A stretch of 64,000 nt of DNA, from assembly GCA_965217775.1 (NCBI GenBank), contig CBDCJH010000002.1:4064001-4128000 (forward strand), given 5' to 3'. Below, in pieces: positions 37,034-45,762 of the stretch. The translations under genes and the position numbers were made by a program. Source of the DNA: Acidobacteriota bacterium (lineage in GTDB: Bacteria > Acidobacteriota > UBA6911 > RPQK01 > JAJDTT01). Numbering within the stretch: position 1 is the first letter of the stretch; every line of letters starts with the position of its first letter. The notes below the pieces were generated by a model. That model saw only the letters and a program-made list of their open reading frames with translations, was not told the DNA's origin and did not search any database.

Positions 37034-37701
37034 CTTCGATTGTTCTCCCCGGCATCTTTCAACGACATCAAATGGTCAGCACGACGTTGAATCTTCCGCT
37101 TGTGCTCAAGGCTCAAGGTTTGTGGTTCAGGGTACTTGAGTCGAGCAACAAGCATTGCCGATTTGAGTTCGCTTGCCGAACTCGGGTCGATGTGACCTCG
37201 AAGACAAGCCTGCCTGAAGCTGTTCATCTGCCAGCCATAGTATGCGACCCAGAGATAAAGAGCAGGCAGCCGGATGCGGCCAATGTGGCGCGTCACGCGA
37301 ACAGCGAGAATCATTTCGCTCAGCTTGCGCCGACAGGTTATCTCGTAGCGCCCCGTCACGGTGCGCACGAGCTGCATCGCAATTGTTGATCCTCCTTGCC
37401 GTTGGCCGCAGAAGATCGTCTTCCATACGGCTCTACACATTGCTATGGGATCCACGCCTGGATGGTGATGGAACCGACGATCTTCCCCGGCGACTAAAAA
37501 CTGACACATCTGATGAGTGGGCTTCGGAGCGTCAGCGGAATCCATCTCTGCGACGATTTGGTCCACCTTGTTTTGGAGCTTTCCCCATTCCCCCTGTGCG
37601 ATCCTCTGCCAGAATCTAGGCAGCGCGACAAGGATCACTCCGACCAAAACAACTCCCACTGGAAACGCTACAGTCAGGACGCTGATGTGCTCGACACCCA
37701 T
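37003..37701 (-). CDS. short monofunctional GT51 transglycosylase-domain protein with N-terminal TM
   Basis: EDRRFHHHPGVD (motif 1 with catalytic Glu), QGGSTIAMQL (motif 2), RKLSE (motif 3); motif 4 degenerate. Confidence 0.85.
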   Translation of the reverse strand: MGVEHISVLTVAFPVGVVLVGVILVALPRFWQRIAQGEWGKLQNKVDQIVAEMDSADAPKPTHQMCQFLVAGEDRRFHHHPGVDPIAMCRAVWKTIFCGQRQGGSTIAMQLVRTVTGRYEITCRRKLSEMILAVRVTRHIGRIRLPALYLWVAYYGWQMNSFRQACLRGHIDPSSASELKSAMLVARLKYPEPQTLSLEHKRKIQRRADHLMSLKDAGENNRRWNHLAFRTH

Positions 37702-37907
37702 GCTTCAACCTGCTCTGTCCATTCTCCCAGGTCTGCCATGGTCTCCGTTCACATCTCGGGCGGGGCGGGCGAACTCGAACCACAGCTTACGCCAAATCCG
37801 TCGCCGACGATGTATTGGTCTCGGCCTCGGGCTCCTGTTATGGTTCGGCGTGCCGGCCAACTGGCCCTGGAAACAGGCCACAAAGGGCGGCTCCCTGGGA
37901 GAAATCC

Positions 37908-38786
37908 ATGCCCGCCGACCCTACGAGCTTTAAAGATCTAGCTCATCGTGTGAACTACGCGCACAAAAACACCCAACGCCAATACGACAAGTATCCCCCG
38001 AACGACGACATGGTGCCTATCGCCGCCGCCATCAATGCCTGGACGCTTGTCTGCGGCTGCTATATGGGCATCGAGCAGACGATGAAGCTCCTGATTCGGA
38101 TGCGCGGCGGAGTCTCGGAGAACAAACTCAGGGGAACCCACGACCTAGCGTGCCTCTATTCGCTCCTCGACGCTTCGGAGCGGGCCGTAGTCACTAGCTA
38201 CTACCGTGTCTACCGCAGCCTTCACAACTTCGACACCGGCAGTATTGCCCTGGACACCGCTGACGAGTTCATCCGGCACATAGGCGATGGCTACACAAAG
38301 TGGCGCTACATCTTGGTCGAAAATCCCGAGCCGCCCAAGACACACTTGGGATTGATGCTCGAAACCTGGCGGGCATTGGCCCATCTCGCTGTACACCGCG
38401 TATGGGGTCGCGCATTTCACACTCTGGCAGACTACCTGGAAAGCTACATCATGCAGTCCCTCTGCCATGCCGCAGAAAACGATACCGACTGGCAGAAGGC
38501 AGCCTTGGACGAGAACAGTGGAGTCGGGTTCCGCGAATTGCGTGATTGGTTTCACCACCAGAGAAGACCCCTGGTGGCGGGCATCGAACTCTTAAACCGT
38601 TATGCTCAGGGGACTGGAAGCTCCGTACGAGCCTCACCGCTGGCACGCCGCGTCCTACTCCGTGCAGCAGACAAGGCGGTGCGCGGCCCCTATCCAAACT
38701 ACAGGCGGGACGACATCACAATGTTCCATCGCCGAATCCGAGGCAGTGGATTAGCCTGGAACGCCGACAAAGAAGTATTCGAGTAG
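37908..38786 (+). CDS. HEPN-like domain protein
   Basis: IEQTMKLL, THDL..LY, KWRY pattern of HEPN helical bundles; GGGAGA RBS. Confidence 0.55.
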   Translation: MPADPTSFKDLAHRVNYAHKNTQRQYDKYPPNDDMVPIAAAINAWTLVCGCYMGIEQTMKLLIRMRGGVSENKLRGTHDLACLYSLLDASERAVVTSYYRVYRSLHNFDTGSIALDTADEFIRHIGDGYTKWRYILVENPEPPKTHLGLMLETWRALAHLAVHRVWGRAFHTLADYLESYIMQSLCHAAENDTDWQKAALDENSGVGFRELRDWFHHQRRPLVAGIELLNRYAQGTGSSVRASPLARRVLLRAADKAVRGPYPNYRRDDITMFHRRIRGSGLAWNADKEVFE

Positions 38787-38850
38787 TTAATGTGGACCTT
38801 GATCAGATCTTCCATAGAATCCAGCCCCTTAAGCGACCATACAGGACAAC

Positions 38851-38882
38851 CGGGAGAAGGGGACAGTTACCTCCTCTACTCT
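38851..38882 (+). repeat. polar hairpin site
   Basis: CGGGAGAAGGGGACAGTTACCTCCTCTACTCT. Confidence 0.9.
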
Positions 38883-38961
38883 GCAGATTTTGTAGTCGAC
38901 GACGCACGGTGCGAGTATGGACGCCGGTTGAGCCGTCTCCTGTAATCGTAAAAAATGGGCC

Positions 38962-39483
38962 ATGCTGACCGATTTCCTCATCCGGCCTGAGATGGTCGGC
39001 GACCGGGAGGGCATCGCAGGACTTCTGCTCGCGGCTTTCCCCACTTCTTCCGAAGCCCGCCTCGTTCAGCAACTCCGCGAGGACGGCGATGTCGTGTTCT
39101 CGCTGGTCGCCGTGGAGGCTTCGGATGTCATCGGCCATGCTCTTTTCTCAAGACTGCGCGCTCCGGACGCGGCGCTCTCCCTGGCGCCGGTCGCAGTGGC
39201 GGCAAGCCGCCGTCGTCGGGGGATTGCCGCTGCAATGATCGAGGCTGGACTTGAACGGGCAAGGGCGGAGTGCTGGGCGGCAGTCGTCGTACTCGGGGAT
39301 CCGGCCTATTACCGGCGCTTCGGTTTTAGCCAGGAGACTGTGCGGGGCATGTCATGCCGATATGCCGGGCCGGCTCTGATGGGCCTCGCCCTCTCCGGCG
39401 CCGGCCTGCAAGGACCGCGGATCGAACATGCGTCCGCCTTCTCATCGACCCGGGATTCGAACTCAGACACTCCCCTCGGGTGA
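38962..39483 (+). CDS. GNAT N-acetyltransferase (YhbS-like)
   Basis: EA.LV..LR, LAPVAV...RRRGI, VLGDPAYYRRFGF. Confidence 0.9.
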   Translation: MLTDFLIRPEMVGDREGIAGLLLAAFPTSSEARLVQQLREDGDVVFSLVAVEASDVIGHALFSRLRAPDAALSLAPVAVAASRRRRGIAAAMIEAGLERARAECWAAVVVLGDPAYYRRFGFSQETVRGMSCRYAGPALMGLALSGAGLQGPRIEHASAFSSTRDSNSDTPLG

Positions 39484-39578
39484 GAATGCTGACCGCGTCC
39501 CGCAACCAAGGGATCCCGGTGGATCGTGCCCATCCGCCCCGGAGGGGGAATGTCCTCGTCAAGTTGACCCCAGGTTTG

Positions 39579-40034
39579 TCAACTCCGCCGGTCAATTTCA
39601 AACGTTACTGAAGTGCGGACCGAGTTGGCGATGAAACACTCTTTGTGGGCAAGTTCGTGGATCTTCTCCAACCCTTCGGGAGATGGTGGCAGGGACCCAA
39701 AGGAGACCTTGGGATGGAGAACCACACGAGTCACGGCCAACTTCCCATCCCCGTTCTTCTCCAGGAACCCTACCGCTGCATCCCGGTAGTGATCCACGAC
39801 CAGCCGCTTACGAGCAGCGATGGCGAGAAAAGTGAGCATATGACAGCTCGCGAGTGCCGCAACATATGCCTTTTCGGGATCGACCAGGTTCGGATTCCCC
39901 AGGTACTCGGGTGCTGAGGACGCACTGACTCGAACCCCACCCTCAAACTTCCAAGTGTGATCGCGGGAGTAGGACCGATACTTGAATTCGGCAGAGCCCC
40001 TTTCCCATTCCACTGTCGCGTGATGCTCCGACAT
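39579..40034 (-). CDS. OsmC-family protein
   Basis: YSRDH.W, DPE...AAL.SCHMLTFL, AHKECFIANSV. Confidence 0.9.
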   Translation of the reverse strand: MSEHHATVEWERGSAEFKYRSYSRDHTWKFEGGVRVSASSAPEYLGNPNLVDPEKAYVAALASCHMLTFLAIAARKRLVVDHYRDAAVGFLEKNGDGKLAVTRVVLHPKVSFGSLPPSPEGLEKIHELAHKECFIANSVRTSVTFEIDRRS

Positions 40035-40223
40035 GTCTCGATTCCTCTGATCTCTGGTGAAATTTCTCTTTCCCTCCTCCAGGGCCGATTTCGGCTCGGA
40101 GCCCGAAAAGGCGACCTTGTCAAACGCGATGACAAGGACGAGGCCAGGGGCCGGCAGCGTACCCCGCGCCCCAGAGGGATCGACTCATGCAACGCGGCCG
40201 CAAGCTACGGGCACCGTAGTCCA

Positions 40224-41009
40224 TCAATAGCACCAACCGGATGCCATCTCGACCCCGCCGGACCCCATCGAAAAAACTCCAACTGCATGGTCCGGAGGGG
40301 ACGCCTCCGAGCATCCGATCTCGCTCACCGAATAGGTTGCGTCTTGGTCTTCAAACCAGAAGATCCGATGCGCACAAACGCCGGTGCCTTCGATGTCTGA
40401 CCGCCCGGAAAGGAGTTCCAGGTCCGGGGGCTCATTGATCGGGCGAGGCGTATTCCAGGAGCGAAAGCGGAAAGAGCCGTCAGCTCTTCGATCGACGACA
40501 CTTCTGAATTCGGTTGTCCGGCAAACAAACCTGACACCTGGGAATCTACCGGTTGCGGCGTCAGGCAGGTTAACCGAATAAATCTCCAATCGTTCCGCAT
40601 CACCGTCCCTTCGAACGCCGGCCCACAGAAGACCGTTGCCGTAACCGATTCCACCGCTATTGCAGATAACGTCCGTGGGGTCGGTATCCAGCACTCGGCT
40701 TCGCAAGACCTCTGGGAAGACGGCGTCCACCTTGCTGTACAAGGTCGCTGCATCTGCGATGTCAATCCTGACCCCGCCGTCGTTAACTCGCAGAGGATAG
40801 CGGGAAAGAAGCGTCAAGTATGTAGGATCCTCAGCCGCCAAGGCTAACCGTAACTCATGGTGAAAAGTGAGAATCGTCTCTTCTTCGGAAGCCCCGGTGG
40901 CCGTGAGGCACTGGCTGAGCAGTTGTTCCTGAGCGGAGGCGGCCACAGTACCGGGACCAATGCAGACGAGCAAAATGGCAATCAATGCGTGCTTTGGAAA
41001 GTGGCCCAT
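40224..41009 (-). CDS. hypothetical secreted protein
   Basis: Signal peptide (HALIAILLVCIG..ASA), YPLRVN, paired Cys, EGTGVC. Confidence 0.7.
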   Translation of the reverse strand: MGHFPKHALIAILLVCIGPGTVAASAQEQLLSQCLTATGASEEETILTFHHELRLALAAEDPTYLTLLSRYPLRVNDGGVRIDIADAATLYSKVDAVFPEVLRSRVLDTDPTDVICNSGGIGYGNGLLWAGVRRDGDAERLEIYSVNLPDAATGRFPGVRFVCRTTEFRSVVDRRADGSFRFRSWNTPRPINEPPDLELLSGRSDIEGTGVCAHRIFWFEDQDATYSVSEIGCSEASPPDHAVGVFSMGSGGVEMASGWCY

Positions 41010-41190
41010 TCGCGTGCTCCACTCAGCTTGCAGGGTGAACCTCCAGGCCGAAGATCTCGCCATCGACCCCGCTGTGAATCGGTCCCCGGCGGCGCACCGG
41101 CCTCACCGTCCTCGAGACGCTGGATTTCGTAGCCCATGTTGAACCCTTGAAGCACCGCGCACCCTCACTTTGTCCGGTCGTTACGCAAAC

Positions 41191-41216
41191 CGGAGAAGGG
41201 GACAGTACCCTTCTCT
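41191..41216 (+). repeat. polar hairpin site
   Basis: CGGAGAAGGGGACAGTACCCTTCTCT. Confidence 0.85.
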
Positions 41217-41311
41217 TTCAGTGATGATCCTATCCAAATTCGGCCACCGGAGATTCGATCTCCAATTTCACCAGCGAATTTGGAGCCGGACAGGGACAGC
41301 AAAGGTAGTGT

Positions 41312-41713
41312 TCAGCCGTTCTGAAGGAAAGGATTGACGATCGTAAGATTCCCGATACGACGCCCTGCCTGAAGGTCTTCCGTCAACAGGATATCGCATC
41401 CGGCTTCGAGGGCCGAGGCAACAATCAGCGAGTCGTAGAAGCTGAAACGGTGCACTCGAGCGAGGTCGACGGCTGCGGAATGGATTTCGACGCCGATGGG
41501 CCGAACGGGGCCGAGCGCCGTTTGCAAATCGGCAACCGCCTCGGCGATCACACCCCAATCAAGCCCGAACTTGCGGTGGAGAACAGACGTGAATTCGTTC
41601 AGGACTTGTACACTGATCGTGCCGCCAGCCAGGATGAGCTGACGGGCGATCTCACTCTTGGGACCCGTTCCTTGGGCATAGATCAGTATGTTCGTGTCGA
41701 GAAACGCGGTCAC
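41312..41713 (-). CDS. vapC: VapC-family PIN-domain toxin
   Basis: FLDTNILIY, QVLNEF, YDSLIVASAL, LTEDL acidic tetrad. Confidence 0.92.
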   Translation of the reverse strand: MTAFLDTNILIYAQGTGPKSEIARQLILAGGTISVQVLNEFTSVLHRKFGLDWGVIAEAVADLQTALGPVRPIGVEIHSAAVDLARVHRFSFYDSLIVASALEAGCDILLTEDLQAGRRIGNLTIVNPFLQNG

Positions 41714-41940
41714 CTGGCGTTGGCTTCATTTCGATCAAAGGTATAGCCATCGGGCAGGGTCCAAGCGCGCTCTTTCATCCGCTCGACCGCCCTCGCTCGG
41801 CGCTCATCCCGCGCGAGGGCAATCCGCGTGGGCGCCGCGGACACCACTTCCAACTCGTCTCCGGGTTTCAGGCCAAGGTCCTCAACTAATGCCTTGGGCA
41901 ACCGTACAGCGAGACTATTGCCCCATTTGGAGACACGCAT
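41710..41940 (-). CDS. vapB: AbrB/MazE-type antitoxin
   Basis: VSKWGNSLAVRLP..L...GD; 4-nt overlap with vapC. Confidence 0.9.
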   Translation of the reverse strand: MRVSKWGNSLAVRLPKALVEDLGLKPGDELEVVSAAPTRIALARDERRARAVERMKERAWTLPDGYTFDRNEANAR

Positions 41941-42169
41941 GATCTACCCTATGATATCCTTAAACTCCCGGATATCATAAGCGTTGCCAATTGTAGTGTC
42001 AAATCTGAGGAGTCTTGCCTCCGAGTCCTCAGCGTCGTCTCGGACTCGCTGAAGTCGGGCGTTTTGACGCCGAGTGGACTCAGGCTCTCAGACGAAAACT
42101 CTTTCAACAGAAAAGGTCTCGACCTTCCCTCTCCTCGGCCCGTTCCCGCCGGCGCGACGCTGCCAGCGC

Positions 42170-42195
42170 GGAGAAGGGGCCAGTCACCTTACTCT
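42170..42195 (+). repeat. polar hairpin site
   Basis: GGAGAAGGGGCCAGTCACCTTACTCT, followed by the same flank as the copy at 11949. Confidence 0.8.
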
Positions 42196-42196
42196 C

Positions 42197-42282
42197 GTTT
42201 GTGGGGAATCAACCCCGGGAGCGGACCCGGAGCCGGCGCTCGAGCGGATACAATTTCAACAGCGGATGAGATTCAAAGCGAT
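42197..42282 (+). pseudogene. duplicated promoter and first codons of the DUF983 gene
   Basis: Matches about 11979-12064 (GTTTGTGGGGA..TACAATTTCAACAGCGGATGAGATTC); truncated just before MITE-A. Confidence 0.8.
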
Positions 42283-42301
42283 TTCGTAGATCTCCTTGAC
42301 C

Positions 42302-42465
42302 TATCAGCCCGTGGCAAAAGTCGTCACGGCATTCGACCGTCCGTGCATCCCGGCGGACGGCGTTGCGATTCGCTCACATACTCCCGGTATGCTCCCGAAT
42401 CGCGCCTTGTCCGGCGGGCGCAGGACCGGTCTCGGTGCTCGCGCGACTTTCACCACGGACTGCTA
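42302..42465. mobile_element. MITE family A
   Basis: TA at 42302 and 42464 (162 apart), same TIRs. Confidence 0.9.
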
Positions 42466-42520
42466 TGCAGCGCGAAGCCTCCCGAAGACCAGGAGACCAC
42501 CAACAACCCAGGGGCGACGC

Positions 42521-44869
42521 TTACAGGTCGCTTGGCCGGGCCATGTGGTAGCCGACCTGGCGGACGTTGAAGATGTAGGCAGGCTTGGCCGCATCGTCGC
42601 CCAGCTTGCGGCGGAGGTTCTTCACGACAGAGCGAATCGGCCGGGGATCTCCGGAGTCCCGCCGTCCCCACACCTGGCGAAACAAGGAAGCGTACGTTAT
42701 GACGTGTCCCGAGTTGACCGAGAGCAATCGGAGCAACTCGTATTCGGTGGCCGTCAGCGTCAACTGGCGATCGGCCACGGTCACCCGACGGTCCTCGTAG
42801 TCGATGACCATGTCCCCCAGCCGGAACGGTTCCGGCGACTCGTGGTTCCGGCGCAAGGCCGCCCGTACTCTCGCCACCAGTTCCGTCTGGGAGAAGGGCT
42901 TGACGATGTAATCGGCGGCCCCATTGTCGAGGGCACGGGCGATGGTCTCGTCCCTTCCATAGGCTGAGATGAAGATGACCGGGCGATCGGCCATCTCAGG
43001 GACGGACTCCATCAGCTCGATTCCATCGGTTCCGGGCAGCATCAAGTCCAGCAGGACCAACTGGGGCTTCTTCGTCCTGACCAAGTGGGCCACCTCCCGA
43101 GGGTCACCCGTCACGAGCGAGGAATAGCCGGCCGCCGCCAGCGTGTCCCGAACATACCGGAGCGTCTGCGGATCATCGTCCACCACCAGGATGGCCGCTT
43201 GCTCCCGCCCTTCACGAGACGGGCGCGAAGCTCCCCGCCCGAAGCCGGCCGCGTCGCGGGCCGCAGGCTCTTCAGCCACCGGAATCGTGAAGGTGAACCG
43301 CGCACCCAGGCCCTCGCCGGCACTCTCGGCCTGGATACGCCCCCCGTGGGCCTCCACCAGACCCTTGCAGATGGCCAGACCCAGGCCGGACCCCCGGATC
43401 CCGCCATCCCCCAGACGCACGTGCTTCCGGAACAGATGCGGCAACAGGTCCGGAGGCACCCCCCGGCCTTCGTCCGAGACCGCGATCGCCACATAAATAC
43501 CATCGAGCGCCGCGCCGACCCGAATGGGGGAGGACTCGGGCGAGTACCGGGCGGCGTTGGACAACAGGTTGTTCAAGACCTGGACGATGCGCTGCCGGTC
43601 AGCCATCACCCGGGGCAGGTCCAGCGGCAGATCGAAGTGGACGGTGTGCCGGCCACCGCCACTAAGGAAGGTGTTCCTGGCCTGATCCACCAGCCTGGCC
43701 ACCTCCGAGGGCTCGGGGATAACCGACAACGTGCCCGTCTCGATATGCCCCGCATCCAATAGATCGCTGATCAGCCCCAGCATGTGATCGGCCTGTTCGT
43801 CGATGATGCGGACGAACTGGTGCGTCTCGGCCGGGGACGAAGTGGCGCTCAATACGGCAGCGGCGGAGCCCTTGATCGAAGTTAGCGGGGCCCGCAATTC
43901 GTGGCTCACCAAGCCCAGGAACTCGGCCCGCAACCGCTCCGTCTCCTTCACCATCTCCATATCCTGCAGGGTGACCACCAGGGACTCGACCGTGCCGTCC
44001 TCGGTACGGATCGGCGTAGCGTTGATCAGCGTCGTGACGCTCCGGCCGTCGGGAACCTGCAAGACGATCTCTTCGGCGCGCACCGGCGCGGCATCGGCCA
44101 GCGCCTGCGTCAGGGGGAACTCTTCGAAGGTCATCTCCCGGCCATCGGCGCGCCGGCACGTGATCACCTCCAACAGTTGTGCTGGGGCGCGGTCCGGGAT
44201 GCTCAGGCGCCCGCCAATCCGTTTTGCCTCTTGATTGAGCAACACCATATTGCCGGTCCTGGCGTCGAAGACCGCGACCCCCACCGGCGAGGTGTCGACC
44301 AGGGCCACCAGACCGGCCCGGGCCCGCTGCTCGTCACGGTAGATACGGGCGTTGGCGATGGCCACGGCCGCCTGGGACGCGAACAGCACGAGAATCTCTT
44401 CGTCCTCGCTCGTGAACTCCCGGCCGCCTTCCCTTCCGCCGAGGAAGAAGTTTCCGACATGGACGCCCTGATGATGCATCGGCGTGCCCTGGCAGGTCGT
44501 CGCCCACCAAAACAAGTCCGTGGAAAAGCCGAGCGAACGGATATGGCTGGAAAAGTCTCGCAGCCTAAACGCTCCCGGAAGGTTCCGAAAATGCTTGAAG
44601 AGGCGCGGTCCGTCGGGCCAAGCCACCAACTGCCGATGTTCTTCCGGAGCTAAGCCGGAAGAGACGAAGTCCTCGACCTCCCCCGAGTCGTCGACGGTCG
44701 TGATCATGCCGAAGTCGGCTCCCGTCAGCGCCCGGGCGCCTTCCACGATCTCGCGCAGCACGGTGTCGACGTCGAGGCTTTCGCTGATGCGCAGGCTGGC
44801 TGCGGTGAGCCTGGAGATGCGGTCCCGTAGTATTTCGATCTCTCGTCTCAGTTCGTCGGGATTTTTCAA
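42521..44869 (-). CDS. cytoplasmic GAF-PAS-histidine kinase-receiver-OmpR winged-helix fusion
   Basis: TTG 44869 with GAGGT RBS; SHELRAPL H box, N/G boxes, ILVVDDD/LLDL/KPF receiver, LTATEYELL..VW..LRRKL..VGY wHTH; no TM. Confidence 0.92.
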   Translation of the reverse strand: MKNPDELRREIEILRDRISRLTAASLRISESLDVDTVLREIVEGARALTGADFGMITTVDDSGEVEDFVSSGLAPEEHRQLVAWPDGPRLFKHFRNLPGAFRLRDFSSHIRSLGFSTDLFWWATTCQGTPMHHQGVHVGNFFLGGREGGREFTSEDEEILVLFASQAAVAIANARIYRDEQRARAGLVALVDTSPVGVAVFDARTGNMVLLNQEAKRIGGRLSIPDRAPAQLLEVITCRRADGREMTFEEFPLTQALADAAPVRAEEIVLQVPDGRSVTTLINATPIRTEDGTVESLVVTLQDMEMVKETERLRAEFLGLVSHELRAPLTSIKGSAAAVLSATSSPAETHQFVRIIDEQADHMLGLISDLLDAGHIETGTLSVIPEPSEVARLVDQARNTFLSGGGRHTVHFDLPLDLPRVMADRQRIVQVLNNLLSNAARYSPESSPIRVGAALDGIYVAIAVSDEGRGVPPDLLPHLFRKHVRLGDGGIRGSGLGLAICKGLVEAHGGRIQAESAGEGLGARFTFTIPVAEEPAARDAAGFGRGASRPSREGREQAAILVVDDDPQTLRYVRDTLAAAGYSSLVTGDPREVAHLVRTKKPQLVLLDLMLPGTDGIELMESVPEMADRPVIFISAYGRDETIARALDNGAADYIVKPFSQTELVARVRAALRRNHESPEPFRLGDMVIDYEDRRVTVADRQLTLTATEYELLRLLSVNSGHVITYASLFRQVWGRRDSGDPRPIRSVVKNLRRKLGDDAAKPAYIFNVRQVGYHMARPSDL

Positions 44870-45009
44870 TGGCCCAACCTCGCCGAATCCTGTAGCGAGG
44901 CCCGATTCATTGGCGCCAAGAACCGGCTCAAACGGGGAGCCGGGTTCAAGATGCGCCACGCCTCGCAGACGCCCATCATAAATTATGCTGCCACAAAATC
45001 AGCATAACC

Positions 45010-45072
45010 TCACCTACTTATCACGCTATCCGCCACCTGCCTCACTCTTTAATCACTCGCGGCGTCTATGTT
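45010..45072 (+). promoter_or_regulatory. putative activator-dependent promoter with four phased TCAC boxes, divergent from the kinase gene
   Basis: TCAC at 45010, 45021, 45042, 45053 (11/21/11); TATGTT at 45067. Confidence 0.5.
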
Positions 45073-45213
45073 TTCAGGCAGCTTGCGACCTTCCGGAGCG
45101 CGTCAGCGTAACGAATGGCCAGTGACCGGCGAAGATCAGGCCATGGATTCTGTCAGGATTTCAGACGGAGGCCTCCGAGACGACGAGTCCTCGTCGAGTT
45201 GACGCCGCGCCTG

Positions 45214-45587
45214 TCAACTCCCCCAGTCGATCTCGAACGTTTCTGAAGTGCGGACGGAGTTGGCGACAAAACACTCCTTGTGCGCAAGTTCGTGGATCTT
45301 CTCCAAGCCTTCGGGAGATGGCGGTGTGGAACCAAAGGAAACCTTGGGATGGAGAACCGCACGGGTCACGGCCAGCTTCCCATCCGCATTCTTCTTGAGA
45401 AATCCTACGGCTGCATCCCGGTAGTGATCCACGACCAGCCGCTTTCAAGCAGCGATGGCGAGAAACGTGAGCATATGACAGCTCGCGAGTGCCGCAACCT
45501 ATCAGCCCGTGGCAAAAGTCGTCACGGCATTCGACCGTCCCTGCATCCCGGCGGACTGCGTTGCGACTCGGTCACATGCTCCGACAT
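45214..45587 (-). pseudogene. OsmC paralog, inactivated
   Basis: Colinear with 39579-40034; in-frame TGA near 45445, MITE-A insertion at 45500 and deletion of most of the 5' part. Confidence 0.88.
45500..45582. mobile_element. MITE family A, left half only
   Basis: TATCAGCCCGTGGCAAAAGTC... ends at CACATGCTCC, where the osmC 5' sequence resumes. Confidence 0.85.
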
Positions 45588-45762
45588 GTCTCGAATCCTC
45601 TGATCTGTGGTGTAACCAGGTTACTCCTCCTCCCGAGCCATTATGGCTCGGAGCCCGACAAGGAAACCTCTTCAACCGCGATGACAGATGCAAGGCCAGG
45701 GATCCATACACTACTCGCCGCCCGGCTTGCAGCCCTCGGCCATCCGGCGCATCATGATCGCC

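Noticed and set aside
37003-37701. Calling the transglycosylase housekeeping mtgA
   Set aside because: Degenerate motif 4, lower GC and island context.
7659-42195. Hairpin sites as integron attC or Xer/dif sites
   Set aside because: No RYYYAAC...GTTRRRY pairing, too short for attC, no XerC/XerD boxes and no IntI in the window; cargo genes lie in both orientations.
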